From positions 39,703 to 103,702 of the forward strand of contig JBAXEI010000002.1 in the NCBI GenBank assembly GCA_037140515.1: a stretch of DNA of 64,000 nt, in the 5' to 3' direction. Position numbers and translations under genes: made by a program. The notes beneath the pieces are model-generated. The model did no database searches, had not been told where the DNA came from, and saw nothing but the letters and a program-made list of their open reading frames with translations. How positions within the stretch are numbered: the first letter of the stretch is position 1; the number at the start of each line of letters is the position of its first letter. Of this stretch, positions 38,946 to 48,777 are shown piece by piece. This DNA is from Candidatus Berkelbacteria bacterium (GTDB taxonomy: Bacteria; Patescibacteriota; UBA1384; XYA2-FULL-43-10; 1-14-0-10-43-13).

Positions 38946-39707
38946 ATGACTCAAAAAACCAACAAAAAATCAAAAGCGTTCACTCTTCTTGAGCTGCTAG
39001 TCGCCACAACTATTTTTGGCATTGTGATGATGATGGCGATGAGCGCTATTACAGATAGTGCAAACTATTTGGCGAAGCTCAAGGCGATGCGTGTTGCCTC
39101 TGAAGAATCCAGAAGAATTGCGGATATTCTTGGCGAAAATATCAAGAACGCAAATAGCGAGATTAGCGTCACGTTCACCTCTGGCGGTATAGTACATACT
39201 GGCGAGCTATACAAATCTGGCATAGCCTTATTTAGTTGTACAGCAGCTGGAGCGTGCGATGCTACTCATTCTACTATTTTCGACCAATCGATGAGCGATT
39301 CAAACGCAGCTGCATTTGGTGCAAACACTCTTGTTCTCGGCGAAAAAGACACTAGTGGCAATCTTGTTTACAAGGTGTATTACAATAATAAGGATGAAGC
39401 TGAGCCAAAGCTATACTATTGGGAAGGAAGTTCCTTGGTTCTTGACTATAATTTTTTTAGTACTCTGATGGTAGATGCAAACGTGATCGCAGGTGGTGCG
39501 GTTGCCGATCTCGATTTACAAAATAATATTATAATAAAATTTGGGGGATATGCACCAAATAGCGTTACTATGCTGGACTCTGCGCAGCGTCAGCAATCCT
39601 ATGTTTTTTACAATATAAACGTAAATACTCGCGGTACTGGCCTGAAACGGCAAGAGCTTTTCAATATCAACGTCTTGTCTGGCGTTACCTCTAGGAATTA
39701 TAACTAA
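38946..39707 (+). CDS. Minor pilin (PilW-like)
   Basis: KSKA|FTLLELLVA; ends VTSRN. Confidence 0.85.
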   Translation: MTQKTNKKSKAFTLLELLVATTIFGIVMMMAMSAITDSANYLAKLKAMRVASEESRRIADILGENIKNANSEISVTFTSGGIVHTGELYKSGIALFSCTAAGACDATHSTIFDQSMSDSNAAAFGANTLVLGEKDTSGNLVYKVYYNNKDEAEPKLYYWEGSSLVLDYNFFSTLMVDANVIAGGAVADLDLQNNIIIKFGGYAPNSVTMLDSAQRQQSYVFYNINVNTRGTGLKRQELFNINVLSGVTSRNYN

Positions 39708-39806
39708 TGATCGGGCTACGTGTGCTGGTTTTCCAAGTAATTGCTTGCTAGTTTCACCATTTTGAGCTATTTTTAGATAGATAAACTATTTATTTTGGAG
39801 ATCACT

Positions 39807-40802
39807 ATGACAAAAAGAATATTCTCAGGCATTCAACCTAGCGGCATTATCCATCTGGGTAATTATCTCGGCGCGATCAAACAGTGGGTAGATACACAGG
39901 ATACAGCTGATCAAGCGATTTTTTGCGTTGTAGATCTTCATGCGATTACTGTTCCTCAGGATCCGAAGGCTCTGCAACAAAATATTCTAAACGCCGCTGC
40001 ACTCTACATCGCTTGCGGTGTGAATCCAGAAAAAGCCGTGATATATGTTCAGTCTAGTGTGCCACAACATTCTGAGCTGATGTGGATCCTGAACACAATC
40101 GCGACAATGGGCGAACTTTCACGGATGACTCAGTTCAAGGAGAAGTCTGCGAAGAATACAAATTCTGACTCTGTGGGTGTTGGTTTGTTCGACTATCCAG
40201 TACTGATGGCTGCTGACATCCTCCTATATGGTACAACTCACGTTCCTGTCGGTCATGATCAGAAACAGCATGTTGAGCTAGCTAGAGACTTGGCGCAGAG
40301 ATTCAATTCTCGATTTGGCGAGACTTTTGTAGTTCCAGAGCCAATAATCAAGAAAGAAAGCGCACGGATTATGGGACTTGATGATCCGACAAAGAAGATG
40401 AGCAAATCAGCTTCTTCACCGCTAAATTATATCGCGATGACTGATGATGCAGAGACAATCCGCAATAAGTTCAAGCGTGCTGTTACAGATTCTGGCAGCG
40501 AAATAGTTGCTCGTGAGGATAAGCCTGCTATCACAAATTTACTTAATATTCTGAGTGAAGTCTCTGGAAAATCAGTTGCAGAACTTGAGAAAAATTTTGC
40601 AGGCATTGGCTACGGTGATTTCAAGATGGCAGTCGCAGAGGCAGTTATCGAGTATCTCAAACCAATTCAGGACAAGTATTTCGAATTGTTGAAAGACGAG
40701 TCCAAGCTGAAAGCAATCTTGCGAGAAGGTGCCGAGCGAATCGCACCGATTGCCAAAAAAACGCTCAAAGAAGTTCAGGAAAAAGTAGGCTTGGGAATCT
40801 AA
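39807..40802 (+). CDS. trpS: Tryptophan--tRNA ligase
   Basis: FSGIQPSG, HLGN, YPVLMAADIL, VPVGHDQ, KMSKS. Confidence 0.97.
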   Translation: MTKRIFSGIQPSGIIHLGNYLGAIKQWVDTQDTADQAIFCVVDLHAITVPQDPKALQQNILNAAALYIACGVNPEKAVIYVQSSVPQHSELMWILNTIATMGELSRMTQFKEKSAKNTNSDSVGVGLFDYPVLMAADILLYGTTHVPVGHDQKQHVELARDLAQRFNSRFGETFVVPEPIIKKESARIMGLDDPTKKMSKSASSPLNYIAMTDDAETIRNKFKRAVTDSGSEIVAREDKPAITNLLNILSEVSGKSVAELEKNFAGIGYGDFKMAVAEAVIEYLKPIQDKYFELLKDESKLKAILREGAERIAPIAKKTLKEVQEKVGLGI

Positions 40803-40807
40803 TATAT

Positions 40808-41260
40808 ATGGATACAATTTACATAAATACAGATGGGGGATCGAGGGGCAATCCAGGGCCAGCGGGTATTGGAATCATCTTTTTTGATGACCAAAGCAAA
40901 CAGATGCATAGCCACAAGGAGTGTATTGGCGATGGCACAAATAATGAAGCGGAGTATACCGCCATCATCCGAGCACTTGAGATTTTGCTCAAAAGTAAAT
41001 GGTTTGCGGACAATAACTTGGCTGATAAAAAGGTGATTTGTCGTCTCGATTCGAAGCTTGTAGTCGAGCAGATAAATGGCAATTGGAAGGTGAAAGAAGC
41101 CCGTCTGAAGGACTACGTGACAAAAATCCGTGCAATGGTAGACCAGATGCATCTACATATCTCTTTTGTTCACATTCCTCGAGAAGAAAATTCTGCCGCT
41201 GACGCCTTGGTAAACCTTGCTCTGGACGAGCAGGCAAAGAATCTAAATAGCTTAACCTAA
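40808..41260 (+). CDS. rnhA: Ribonuclease HI
   Basis: TDGGSRGNPGPAG, TNNEAEY, DSKLVVEQ, HIPREENSAADAL. Confidence 0.93.
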   Translation: MDTIYINTDGGSRGNPGPAGIGIIFFDDQSKQMHSHKECIGDGTNNEAEYTAIIRALEILLKSKWFADNNLADKKVICRLDSKLVVEQINGNWKVKEARLKDYVTKIRAMVDQMHLHISFVHIPREENSAADALVNLALDEQAKNLNSLT

Positions 41261-41267
41261 AAATATT

Positions 41268-41489
41268 ATGAAAATAACCGTACGCGTAATTCCAAACGCG
41301 AAAACGCTAAAAGTCGAGAAGCATAGCGATGGAACCTTGAAGGTCTGGGTCACTGGCAAGCCATTTCGTGGTGCTGCGACGCTAGAAGTGATTGACGCGC
41401 TATCTGCCTTTTACAAAATTCCAAAAAGTCTTATCACTATCGTAAAGGGTCTTACTTCACGAAATAAGGTTTTTGATATCGACAATTAG
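41268..41489 (+). CDS. DUF167 (YggU-like) protein
   Basis: VRVIPNAK...LKVWV...G.A...IVKGLTSRNK pattern. Confidence 0.85.
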   Translation: MKITVRVIPNAKTLKVEKHSDGTLKVWVTGKPFRGAATLEVIDALSAFYKIPKSLITIVKGLTSRNKVFDIDN

Positions 41490-41553
41490 TTTTTCTAGAC
41501 CTGCTGTGAAATCGGGTGTATGATATAGAAGAACAAAAAATGGAGGGAAATAG

Positions 41554-42168
41554 ATGAAACTAAAAAAGGGTTTTACGCTCGTAGAACTTCTTGTCGTCAT
41601 TGCAGTGATCGGCATTCTTTCTGCTGTTGTAGTTCTAAATACAAACAGTGCAAAGAGTAAAGCACGTGACGCGATCAGGCTTTCTGATATGGCTACTTTG
41701 AAGACGTCTTTAGGCTTATATTTAGAAGCAAATGGAAAATACCCTGACCAGCGTCCGAGCCCTGATCCAAGCACGACTTGTTTGACGAACTGTGTTATCA
41801 GCCGTAGCGACACAGCTATGGATGGTAATCCCGGTAAGTATATTTCCGACATGGATACGTATTTCCCAGGTGGCCTCCCAAACGATCCGATAAATAAGTC
41901 AAACGGATCTGGCAATTATTTTTATTCGTATCAAGCTATTGTAGTAGTTTCCGCGGTTTCGCCACCATGTGATGTCTCAAAATATTCTCGTCGCATTCTT
42001 TTGGGCGTAAGGACCTTTGAATCAATACCTGCTTATACACGTCATCCGAAAAGTCCGATTCAAGAAGCACAGGCAGAATGTTGGCCATCAGCTAATGACT
42101 CAACCTGGGTAACAAATGGTAGCAATATGCTGCGAGAATGGGGATACACAGTTCTTGAAGAGAAATAA
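41554..42168 (+). CDS. Stand-alone type IV pilin
   Basis: MKLKKG|FTLVELLVVIAVIGILSAVV; ARDAIRLSD...YP...LPNDP; GGAGGG RBS. Confidence 0.9.
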   Translation: MKLKKGFTLVELLVVIAVIGILSAVVVLNTNSAKSKARDAIRLSDMATLKTSLGLYLEANGKYPDQRPSPDPSTTCLTNCVISRSDTAMDGNPGKYISDMDTYFPGGLPNDPINKSNGSGNYFYSYQAIVVVSAVSPPCDVSKYSRRILLGVRTFESIPAYTRHPKSPIQEAQAECWPSANDSTWVTNGSNMLREWGYTVLEEK

Positions 42169-42185
42169 TTTTTCAATAATTTAGT

Positions 42186-43952
42186 ATGAAATACTGGCCT
42201 TATATTACAATGATATTGTTCCTTATGGGGATCAGTATTTTCGTAGTTATATATGGCGAGAAAAGTCAAAGAAATAACACTGCTGCGAAGTCTTCTGTCG
42301 TGGATAGCTCGCCCGCTGATAGCGCCAAAAATCAAAAGCAAAAAATATTTGCAGTGACGGTGCCTCATCATGATTTGGTTGCGGCTGATCGGAGCAAATA
42401 CCTAGCTGAAATCGCAAAAATCGAATCGCCAAAGACTATTATCTTGGTTTCGCCCAATCACTTCGATACTGGCAAAAGTGATATTTTGACTACTGAAAAG
42501 ATTTGGGACCTTGGTGAAAAAAAGATAAACCCAGCAGATGATATTATCAGCAAGTTGCCTTCTGAATTGGTCGGCAATGATGAAAATGCGTTCCTTGGTG
42601 AGCATGGCATCAAAAATATCCTGCCTGATATTGCCAATTATTTCCCTAACGCTAAAATCGTACCAATAATCATCAAACAAGACACAGCAAAAGGAAAAGT
42701 GGCTCTGCTAGCTGATAATTTAGTAAGAAATTGCAAAGAAGACTGTTTGCTTATCACCTCCGTAGACGATTCGCACTATCAGCCAGCGTCTCTTTCTGAG
42801 CTTCATGACAGTCTGACAATCAGAGCGTTGAACAATGTAGATGATGATTTGATTTGGCGAGCGGAAGTAGATTCGAATCAATCACTTGCGCTACTGATCG
42901 CTTGGTCAAAAGCTCATGATGCAAATAAATTTAGTATCTACAAAAATACAAATTCTGGAATTATTGCTGGCGATCGTGATGTCGAGGCGACTAGCTATAT
43001 TTTTGGTGATTTTGCAGTTGGAGAAAAGAATGCAACCATTGGTGATGAAGTTACTTTTACCATAGCAGGCGACTCGATGTTCGACCGAGCGGTTGATTAC
43101 AAATTTCGTGATAACAAAATATTTGATATTTTTGCAAATTTCGGCGACAGAGTTCTCGCTGGTACCGATCTCTCTCTACTAAATCTTGAAGGCCCGATCA
43201 GCGCTGAGCCGATTGTAGCTGACCAGACTGACTCACTGATATTTAATTTTCCGCCAAAAACTGTAGATGTACTGAAATGGTTAGATATAAATGCGGTGAG
43301 CTTAGCTAATAATCATACAATGAATGCGGGCAAGACAGGATTTGCTAACACTCAGAAAGTGCTAAAAGAAAAAGATATATTGCCGATCGGTTCGGCAACT
43401 TCTTTTGACGAAACTTCTATTGCCAGATTTGGCTCTGGAGTTACAAAACTGAGTGTTATCACTATCGAGTCGCTTGAGGTGAGCAAGGATTTGACAGAGA
43501 TCGTAAAAGCAGAAAAAAATGCTGGCAATCGAGTCTTGATCATGCCACATTGGGGCACAGAATACGAACCAATTCATTCAGCTTCGCAGGAAAAGCTTGC
43601 ACATAGCTGGATAGACGCAGGCGCTGACATTGTGATCGGCTCGCATCCACACGTTGTTCAAGATGCCGAATTATACAAGTCTAGAGCAATTTTTTACTCA
43701 ATTGGAAATTTTGTTTTTGACCAAACTTGGTCTGAGCCAACTCAGAAGGGTCTAATTATTGCCGGGAAATTTAAGGGTGATAGTTTAGATCTAGTATTAT
43801 TGCCGATTGTGAGCAAGAAAATCCAACCACAGCTACTTCGTGGGGCAGAAAAGACCGATTTTATTACCAAATTTCGTAACGATCTCGGTTTGTCCACTAG
43901 CAGTACAGGTCTTGGTTATGATAAAATTACTATACAACTAAGTAACAAATAA
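42186..43952 (+). CDS. Membrane-anchored fusion of a MEMO1/AmmeMemoRadiSam-B-like domain and a CapA-like metallophosphoesterase
   Basis: VPHH, SPNH, EHGI, SVDDSHY; then AGD, NLEG, LANNH, PHWG.EY, GSHPHV, YSIGNFVFDQ. Confidence 0.85.
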   Translation: MKYWPYITMILFLMGISIFVVIYGEKSQRNNTAAKSSVVDSSPADSAKNQKQKIFAVTVPHHDLVAADRSKYLAEIAKIESPKTIILVSPNHFDTGKSDILTTEKIWDLGEKKINPADDIISKLPSELVGNDENAFLGEHGIKNILPDIANYFPNAKIVPIIIKQDTAKGKVALLADNLVRNCKEDCLLITSVDDSHYQPASLSELHDSLTIRALNNVDDDLIWRAEVDSNQSLALLIAWSKAHDANKFSIYKNTNSGIIAGDRDVEATSYIFGDFAVGEKNATIGDEVTFTIAGDSMFDRAVDYKFRDNKIFDIFANFGDRVLAGTDLSLLNLEGPISAEPIVADQTDSLIFNFPPKTVDVLKWLDINAVSLANNHTMNAGKTGFANTQKVLKEKDILPIGSATSFDETSIARFGSGVTKLSVITIESLEVSKDLTEIVKAEKNAGNRVLIMPHWGTEYEPIHSASQEKLAHSWIDAGADIVIGSHPHVVQDAELYKSRAIFYSIGNFVFDQTWSEPTQKGLIIAGKFKGDSLDLVLLPIVSKKIQPQLLRGAEKTDFITKFRNDLGLSTSSTGLGYDKITIQLSNK

Positions 43953-43972
43953 TGTTCTATAAATGGAGGGAA

Positions 43973-45667
43973 ATGACAAAGAGAGAAAAGATTTTATTAT
44001 GGAGTCTGATTGGGGTTCTTATATTATCAAGTGCCGGCTTAGTCTATGCATATCGAGATAGCATTCCTTTCTTGCACAAGGATAAAGGTGTTTCTTTGGA
44101 TGTAGCCCCTGTCGCGAGCGGGAGTACTGTGTCCACAGGTAGCGTTGCCACTGGAAATGCTGCTACTGGTAGCGTTGCTGTTAGCACTGGTTCTGTGGCT
44201 ACTGGCACTACTGTCGTGTCTGATATCAAGTGGGTTACGCCTGCAAAGATTGCAGATCCTGGCGTTATCAAATTGTCTTATGATTCGAGTTACTCGACAT
44301 ATTATAAGGTCGCGAATTATACAGACGGCGGCGAGATGATCCTAGGCTTGATTCCGCCAGATGGTCCAGGCGCAAGCTCGATCATTCGATTCAAAAAGAC
44401 GACCGATAGCAAATATTATTATCTGAAAAATAGCTCAACAAATCCAACTGATTCGCTTGAATCAACATTTTTGGTAGATTATGGCACAAAGACTTTTGTT
44501 GATACGAAAACTGCAGCTTATGCAGACCTCGCGAGTCCAGATAAGATTGTCCTAGATAGCAAGACTACGCTTAAGCTTGTCGGCGGGATTGGTACCTCAC
44601 AGCTTTTCTCAGACCTAATAGAGCCAAAGCTTCTGACGACCACTGCCTCTGGCCCAATTTATCGAGTTATTACTGGCGATAACACACAGCCATACCTGAA
44701 CAGAAGCTTGTATTTGAAGCATGCTGATGGCACAATTTCTGGCTACGTCGAGAGCATTGCCTTTCTAACAGATAGTGGCGTTGCAAATATTACCCTCACC
44801 ACTGGGACTAAAGATGCTGCAGCATACAACACAAACAGTACTGCTGGCTGTGGAGGACCGGTTCTTACGACAATACTTACATCGACAAGTGATATCGCAA
44901 ATCGTGTCACAGTCTATGGCACGACCTCAACAGGTGATAAAGTCTACACTTTGACTAGCCAGTCAGATGTGATTGCAACAACTGCGTACAACAACTATTC
45001 TACAGGACGAGGCGCAGATGCGATTACTTTTGCTCAGTATTTTAGCAAACCAGCACTATTCTTGTGGAAAGATGGCCTCAACGACTACGTTCTTTTCATG
45101 AATAATGAAGTCGGACCAATGGGCGAGTGCGGCAAACCAGTAGTCTATTTGTACCCGACTGAGACTACAAGCATTAGCGTAAAAGTAGGTGCAACGATCA
45201 CCAAGAGCGAGCCACAATACAATGATGGCTGGAATGTTTTGGCTCAGCCAAGTGGCCAGCTTACACAGAACGGTGTATCTTATCCAAATCTTTTCTGGGA
45301 GGGTATCGGAAATGGCACTTATCCAGCAATTGACTCGGGGTTTGTTGTGAAGTCGAGTGACATCGAATCAACTTTATCTAGCCATTTGACACTTCTTGGC
45401 TTAAATACTCAGGAAAAAGCAGATTTCATGGAGTATTGGCTACCAAAAATGCCAAAAACGGCTTATACGAGACTGACTTGGCTGGGAACAAAAGATATGG
45501 ATCGTCTTGCACCACTCACTGTGACTCCAGCACCAGAAACCAAGATCAGAATCTTCTTAGACTTCCAAGGATTGGATAAGATGATTGATTTGAAACCTCA
45601 GCACCTATCAGCGCCATCTCGAATCGGTTACACGCTTGTCGAGTGGGGCGGGCTACTTGTAAAATAG
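43973..45667 (+). CDS. Membrane-anchored protein with an S/T/G repeat linker and a C-terminal KPVxYLYP domain
   Basis: GGAGGG before ATG 43973; TM; TGSVA repeats; KPVVYLYP, LFWEG, DFMEYWLP, VEWGG. Confidence 0.75.
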   Translation: MTKREKILLWSLIGVLILSSAGLVYAYRDSIPFLHKDKGVSLDVAPVASGSTVSTGSVATGNAATGSVAVSTGSVATGTTVVSDIKWVTPAKIADPGVIKLSYDSSYSTYYKVANYTDGGEMILGLIPPDGPGASSIIRFKKTTDSKYYYLKNSSTNPTDSLESTFLVDYGTKTFVDTKTAAYADLASPDKIVLDSKTTLKLVGGIGTSQLFSDLIEPKLLTTTASGPIYRVITGDNTQPYLNRSLYLKHADGTISGYVESIAFLTDSGVANITLTTGTKDAAAYNTNSTAGCGGPVLTTILTSTSDIANRVTVYGTTSTGDKVYTLTSQSDVIATTAYNNYSTGRGADAITFAQYFSKPALFLWKDGLNDYVLFMNNEVGPMGECGKPVVYLYPTETTSISVKVGATITKSEPQYNDGWNVLAQPSGQLTQNGVSYPNLFWEGIGNGTYPAIDSGFVVKSSDIESTLSSHLTLLGLNTQEKADFMEYWLPKMPKTAYTRLTWLGTKDMDRLAPLTVTPAPETKIRIFLDFQGLDKMIDLKPQHLSAPSRIGYTLVEWGGLLVK

Positions 45668-45679
45668 TGATCTGGCGAT

Positions 45680-45719
45680 ATATATAAATCAGCTTCTGAA
45701 AAGGAGCTGATTTATATAT
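45680..45719. terminator. Long AT-rich hairpin, probable terminator
   Basis: ATATATAAATCAGCTTCT-GAAA-AGGAGCTGATTTATATAT. Confidence 0.65.
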
Positions 45720-45793
45720 TACTACTTGTAAGCTAGTCTTCGGTGTGTTTGAACGATCTAGCGCCAAACAATATTTTCAGCTAGAGTATTTCT

Positions 45794-46909
45794 ATGCCAA
45801 CGAAAATTCGAACATTTGATTTTAGTCTTTTGGTCTTGCCGATCATTTTTACCACGGTAGGGGTCTCTTTGATCTATAGCTTGGTAATGGGCACGGCAAA
45901 TGATGGTTTGGGCCTAAAGCAGGGGATGATCGCGATAGTAGGTTTGGCGATGATGTTAGTTTTTTCATTTTCTGATTATCGATATTTCAAGGGCACCGCT
46001 TGGATATTCTATGCGGTTTCTCTGATTCTTCTGGTCTGGGTATATATCTTTGGTAAGTCGGTAAATGGTGCGATGAACTGGATTGATCTGAAGATATTTC
46101 GGTTACAGCCCTCTGAGCTAGAAAAAATCAGCTTGATATTCACTCTTTCTGCATATTTTTCAAACAAAACCAATAAAATTAAGTGGCAGCACATTTTGGT
46201 TTCTCTCCTTATTTTGCTGGTCCCACTGGCATTGATATTGTTGGAGCCAGATCTTGGTACAGCGATAATAATTTGTTTTATCTATATCACGATATTGCTC
46301 GCGTCAAAGCCAACGAAATCGCAAATTGCTGTGATTGTTGGAGTCGTCTTAGCTATCTTTATCTGTGCTTTTCTTGCTTTCAAAGGTACGAAACCATTTC
46401 AGAACGTCTTGCATGATTACCAGAGACAGCGAATCGCTGTTTTTCTCAAACCTGATCTTGATCCATATGGTCGGGGATATAATGTGAAGCAAGCGCAGAT
46501 TACCATTGGTTCGGGCAACCTAATCGGCAAAGGCTTGGGCAAAGGTTCACAATCTCAGCTTCAGTTTCTGCCAGAAGCACATACAGACTTCATTTTTGCT
46601 GGAATCGCTGAATCGTTTGGATTTCTTGGAACTTCAGTTTTCCTTGTGCTTTATTGCTTTTTGTTAACAAGAATTCTAGAAATTGGCGCTCGCGCACGTG
46701 ATAATTTTGGTATGCTCTGCGCTTTTGGAGTTTTTGGTATGTTCTTTTTTCAAGCGCTTATCAGCGTTGGGATGAATATTGGATTTTTGCCAGTAACAGG
46801 GATTCCTCTGCCTTTTATGAGCTATGGCGGAACGTCGCTTCTTGTCTCGATGATGGCAGTCGGTCTGATCCAGAGCGTTTTTATCCGCCACGAAAAAATA
46901 ACATTTTAA
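45794..46909 (+). CDS. rodA: SEDS peptidoglycan glycosyltransferase (RodA/FtsW)
   Basis: LQPSE, EPDLGT, YQRQRI, FLPEAHTDFIF, TGIPLPFMSYGGTS. Confidence 0.9.
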   Translation: MPTKIRTFDFSLLVLPIIFTTVGVSLIYSLVMGTANDGLGLKQGMIAIVGLAMMLVFSFSDYRYFKGTAWIFYAVSLILLVWVYIFGKSVNGAMNWIDLKIFRLQPSELEKISLIFTLSAYFSNKTNKIKWQHILVSLLILLVPLALILLEPDLGTAIIICFIYITILLASKPTKSQIAVIVGVVLAIFICAFLAFKGTKPFQNVLHDYQRQRIAVFLKPDLDPYGRGYNVKQAQITIGSGNLIGKGLGKGSQSQLQFLPEAHTDFIFAGIAESFGFLGTSVFLVLYCFLLTRILEIGARARDNFGMLCAFGVFGMFFFQALISVGMNIGFLPVTGIPLPFMSYGGTSLLVSMMAVGLIQSVFIRHEKITF

Positions 46910-46913
46910 TGTA

Positions 46914-46972
46914 TTGACAATTTGGCTCTATCTGATAATATATATCTTATAGATAGCCCCACGGGCTTTTTT
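46914..46972 (+). promoter_or_regulatory. rplU promoter and small terminator-like leader hairpin
   Basis: TTGACA-16-TAATAT with TG extension; AGCCC-CAC-GGGCT-TTTTT at 46955-46972. Confidence 0.5.
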
Positions 46973-46992
46973 AAGTTAGGAGTAGAAAAAAC

Positions 46993-47304
46993 ATGTTTGC
47001 AATCATTTCAAGTAAAGGTGTTCAATACCGAGTTGAAGAAGGTAAAGAATACAAAATCGACATTTTGGAAGAGCCTTCCGATAAGAAGCTCATTTTTTCT
47101 GATGTCTTGATCGTTGATACTGACAAAGGTACTAAAGTCGGAGCTCCTTTTATCGAAGGTGCTACTGTCGAAGCTGAATTCATCGGCGATGCCAGCACTA
47201 AGAAAGTAAAATCAACTAAGTTCAGACCAAAGAAGAGATATCAACGAAATCTGGGTCACAAACAGCACTTTACGTTGATCAAGGTTCTCTCTATCAAAGC
47301 ATAA
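46993..47304 (+). CDS. rplU: 50S ribosomal protein bL21
   Basis: MFAII..G.QYRVEEG, VGAPFIEGA.V, KKRY...GHKQ.FT. Confidence 0.95.
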   Translation: MFAIISSKGVQYRVEEGKEYKIDILEEPSDKKLIFSDVLIVDTDKGTKVGAPFIEGATVEAEFIGDASTKKVKSTKFRPKKRYQRNLGHKQHFTLIKVLSIKA

Positions 47305-47306
47305 TT

Positions 47307-47501
47307 ATGAAAAACGCCATATTTGATTATTTCAAAGGGGTGTGGAACGAACTTACAAAAGTTACGTGGCCAACAAGAAAAGTAGTTATCAATCATACAA
47401 TTATAGTTATAATCTCAGCTGTGATAGCGATATCTCTGACTGCGGCAATCGATTTTGGACTTGCTCGGTTGGTTGAATACGTTGTTCAGCATAGGAGTTA
47501 G
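47307..47501 (+). CDS. secE: Preprotein translocase subunit SecE
   Basis: ELTKVTWPTR motif plus one TM; lies before nusG. Confidence 0.93.
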   Translation: MKNAIFDYFKGVWNELTKVTWPTRKVVINHTIIVIISAVIAISLTAAIDFGLARLVEYVVQHRS

Positions 47502-47508
47502 GGGATTT

Positions 47509-48111
47509 ATGGATAAAGAAAAAGACGAAACAAAAATTGAAGAGCCTGTTGAAGGTTCGAAAAAGTTTCTTACAATGAAGCAAACTGGTGAAAGAAACTG
47601 GTATGTTATCCATACTTACTCTGGCTATGAGGAGCAAGTAGGCGAATCGCTGAAGCAGCGAATTGAATCTTTGAACATGCAAGAAAAGATCTTTGATGTT
47701 ATCGTGCCAAAAGAGAAACAGATTGAAATCAAAAACGGTAAAAGAAAAATCATTGAAAAGAAGATTTTTCCTGGCTACGTCATGGTAGATATGATTGTCA
47801 CTGATGACTCTTGGTACGTTGTCCGAAATACACCAAATGTTACCGGCTTTATCGGTTTCGGTGTTCGACCAACTCCAATGTCGAAGGAAGAGATTGACAG
47901 AATCAAGAAGAGAATGGGCGTTGAAGAGCCAAAATACCAGATCGATCTTCGTGTAAATGATCTCGTAAAGATTACTGACGGCGCTCTAAAGGGCTTCGAA
48001 GGCAAGATTGAAGAAGTCGATCAAGATAAGGGCAAAGCTAAAGTCTTAGTCAACATGTTTGGTCGCGAAACTCCAGTCAATTTGGACTTTTTGCAAGTTA
48101 TAAAAGTATAA
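47509..48111 (+). CDS. nusG: Transcription factor NusG
   Basis: WYVIHTYSGYE, FPGYV, VRNTPNVTGF, KOW domain, MFGRETPV. Confidence 0.97.
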   Translation: MDKEKDETKIEEPVEGSKKFLTMKQTGERNWYVIHTYSGYEEQVGESLKQRIESLNMQEKIFDVIVPKEKQIEIKNGKRKIIEKKIFPGYVMVDMIVTDDSWYVVRNTPNVTGFIGFGVRPTPMSKEEIDRIKKRMGVEEPKYQIDLRVNDLVKITDGALKGFEGKIEEVDQDKGKAKVLVNMFGRETPVNLDFLQVIKV

Positions 48112-48207
48112 TCAGTCAAAATCGTTTCATTGTTATATTGTCAAATTGCTGGCTTCTAGCGATTACATATATAGCTGAGATGGTGTCAAATATAAATAAG
48201 GAAAAAG

Positions 48208-48633
48208 ATGGCAAAAGCAATAAAAGCAATAATCAAACTACAATGTTCTGCTGGTAAAGCAAATCCTGCTCCTCCAGTCGGTCCAGCACTCGGTCAACAT
48301 GGCGTGAATATCATGGAATTCTGCACCAAGTTCAACGAAGCTACAAGAGAAAAAGGTGATACAATCATACCTGTAGAAATTACAGTGTATGAAGACAGAA
48401 CTTTCTCTCTAGTTTATAAGCAACCGCCTGCAGCAATTCTGATCATGAAAGCAATCAAAGCAGCAAAAGGCTCAGACAATTCCAAGAAGACAAAAGTAGG
48501 CATTTTGACTCAGGTACAGCTTGAAGAGATTGCAAAAGAGAAAATGAGTGACCTAAATGCAAATGATATCGAAGCCGCTAAAAAAGTGATTGCAGGTACT
48601 GCTCGAAGTATGGGCGTTGAGATCGAAAAGTAA
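48208..48633 (+). CDS. rplK: 50S ribosomal protein uL11
   Basis: [34 protein letters not shown]. Confidence 0.98.
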   Translation: MAKAIKAIIKLQCSAGKANPAPPVGPALGQHGVNIMEFCTKFNEATREKGDTIIPVEITVYEDRTFSLVYKQPPAAILIMKAIKAAKGSDNSKKTKVGILTQVQLEEIAKEKMSDLNANDIEAAKKVIAGTARSMGVEIEK

Positions 48634-48657
48634 TTTTGAAAAAGTTGAGACAGATAT

Positions 48658-48693
48658 AAAAAAAGAAGCCCGAGAAACTCGGGATTCTTTTTT
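48658..48693. terminator. Bidirectional intrinsic terminator after rplK
   Basis: A run-GAAGCCCGAG-AAA-CTCGGGATTC-T run, giving a U-tract on both strands. Confidence 0.85.
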
Positions 48694-48772
48694 GTATATA
48701 ATAGGTGCCGTCTGCAGACCGAAGCGAAAGGAGGGGCAACACTTCTAGTCTGCAGACAACGATATTCATACA
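48658..48772 (-). ncRNA. Candidate small RNA (about 110 nt): rod hairpin with an anti-SD-like loop
   Basis: Minus-strand promoter; about 30-bp rod with five G-U pairs that form only on the minus strand; loop UUGCCCCUCCUUU; ends at the bidirectional terminator. Confidence 0.6.
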
Positions 48773-48777
48773 TTGTC

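Noticed and set aside
35716-42168. Neisseria-style pilin antigenic variation or a shufflon
   Set aside because: All pilins are complete genes, their conserved 5' parts differ at most synonymous sites, and no silent cassettes or invertase are seen.
46922-47110. 62-aa ORF overlapping rplU
   Set aside because: It starts inside the promoter and overlaps rplU out of frame.
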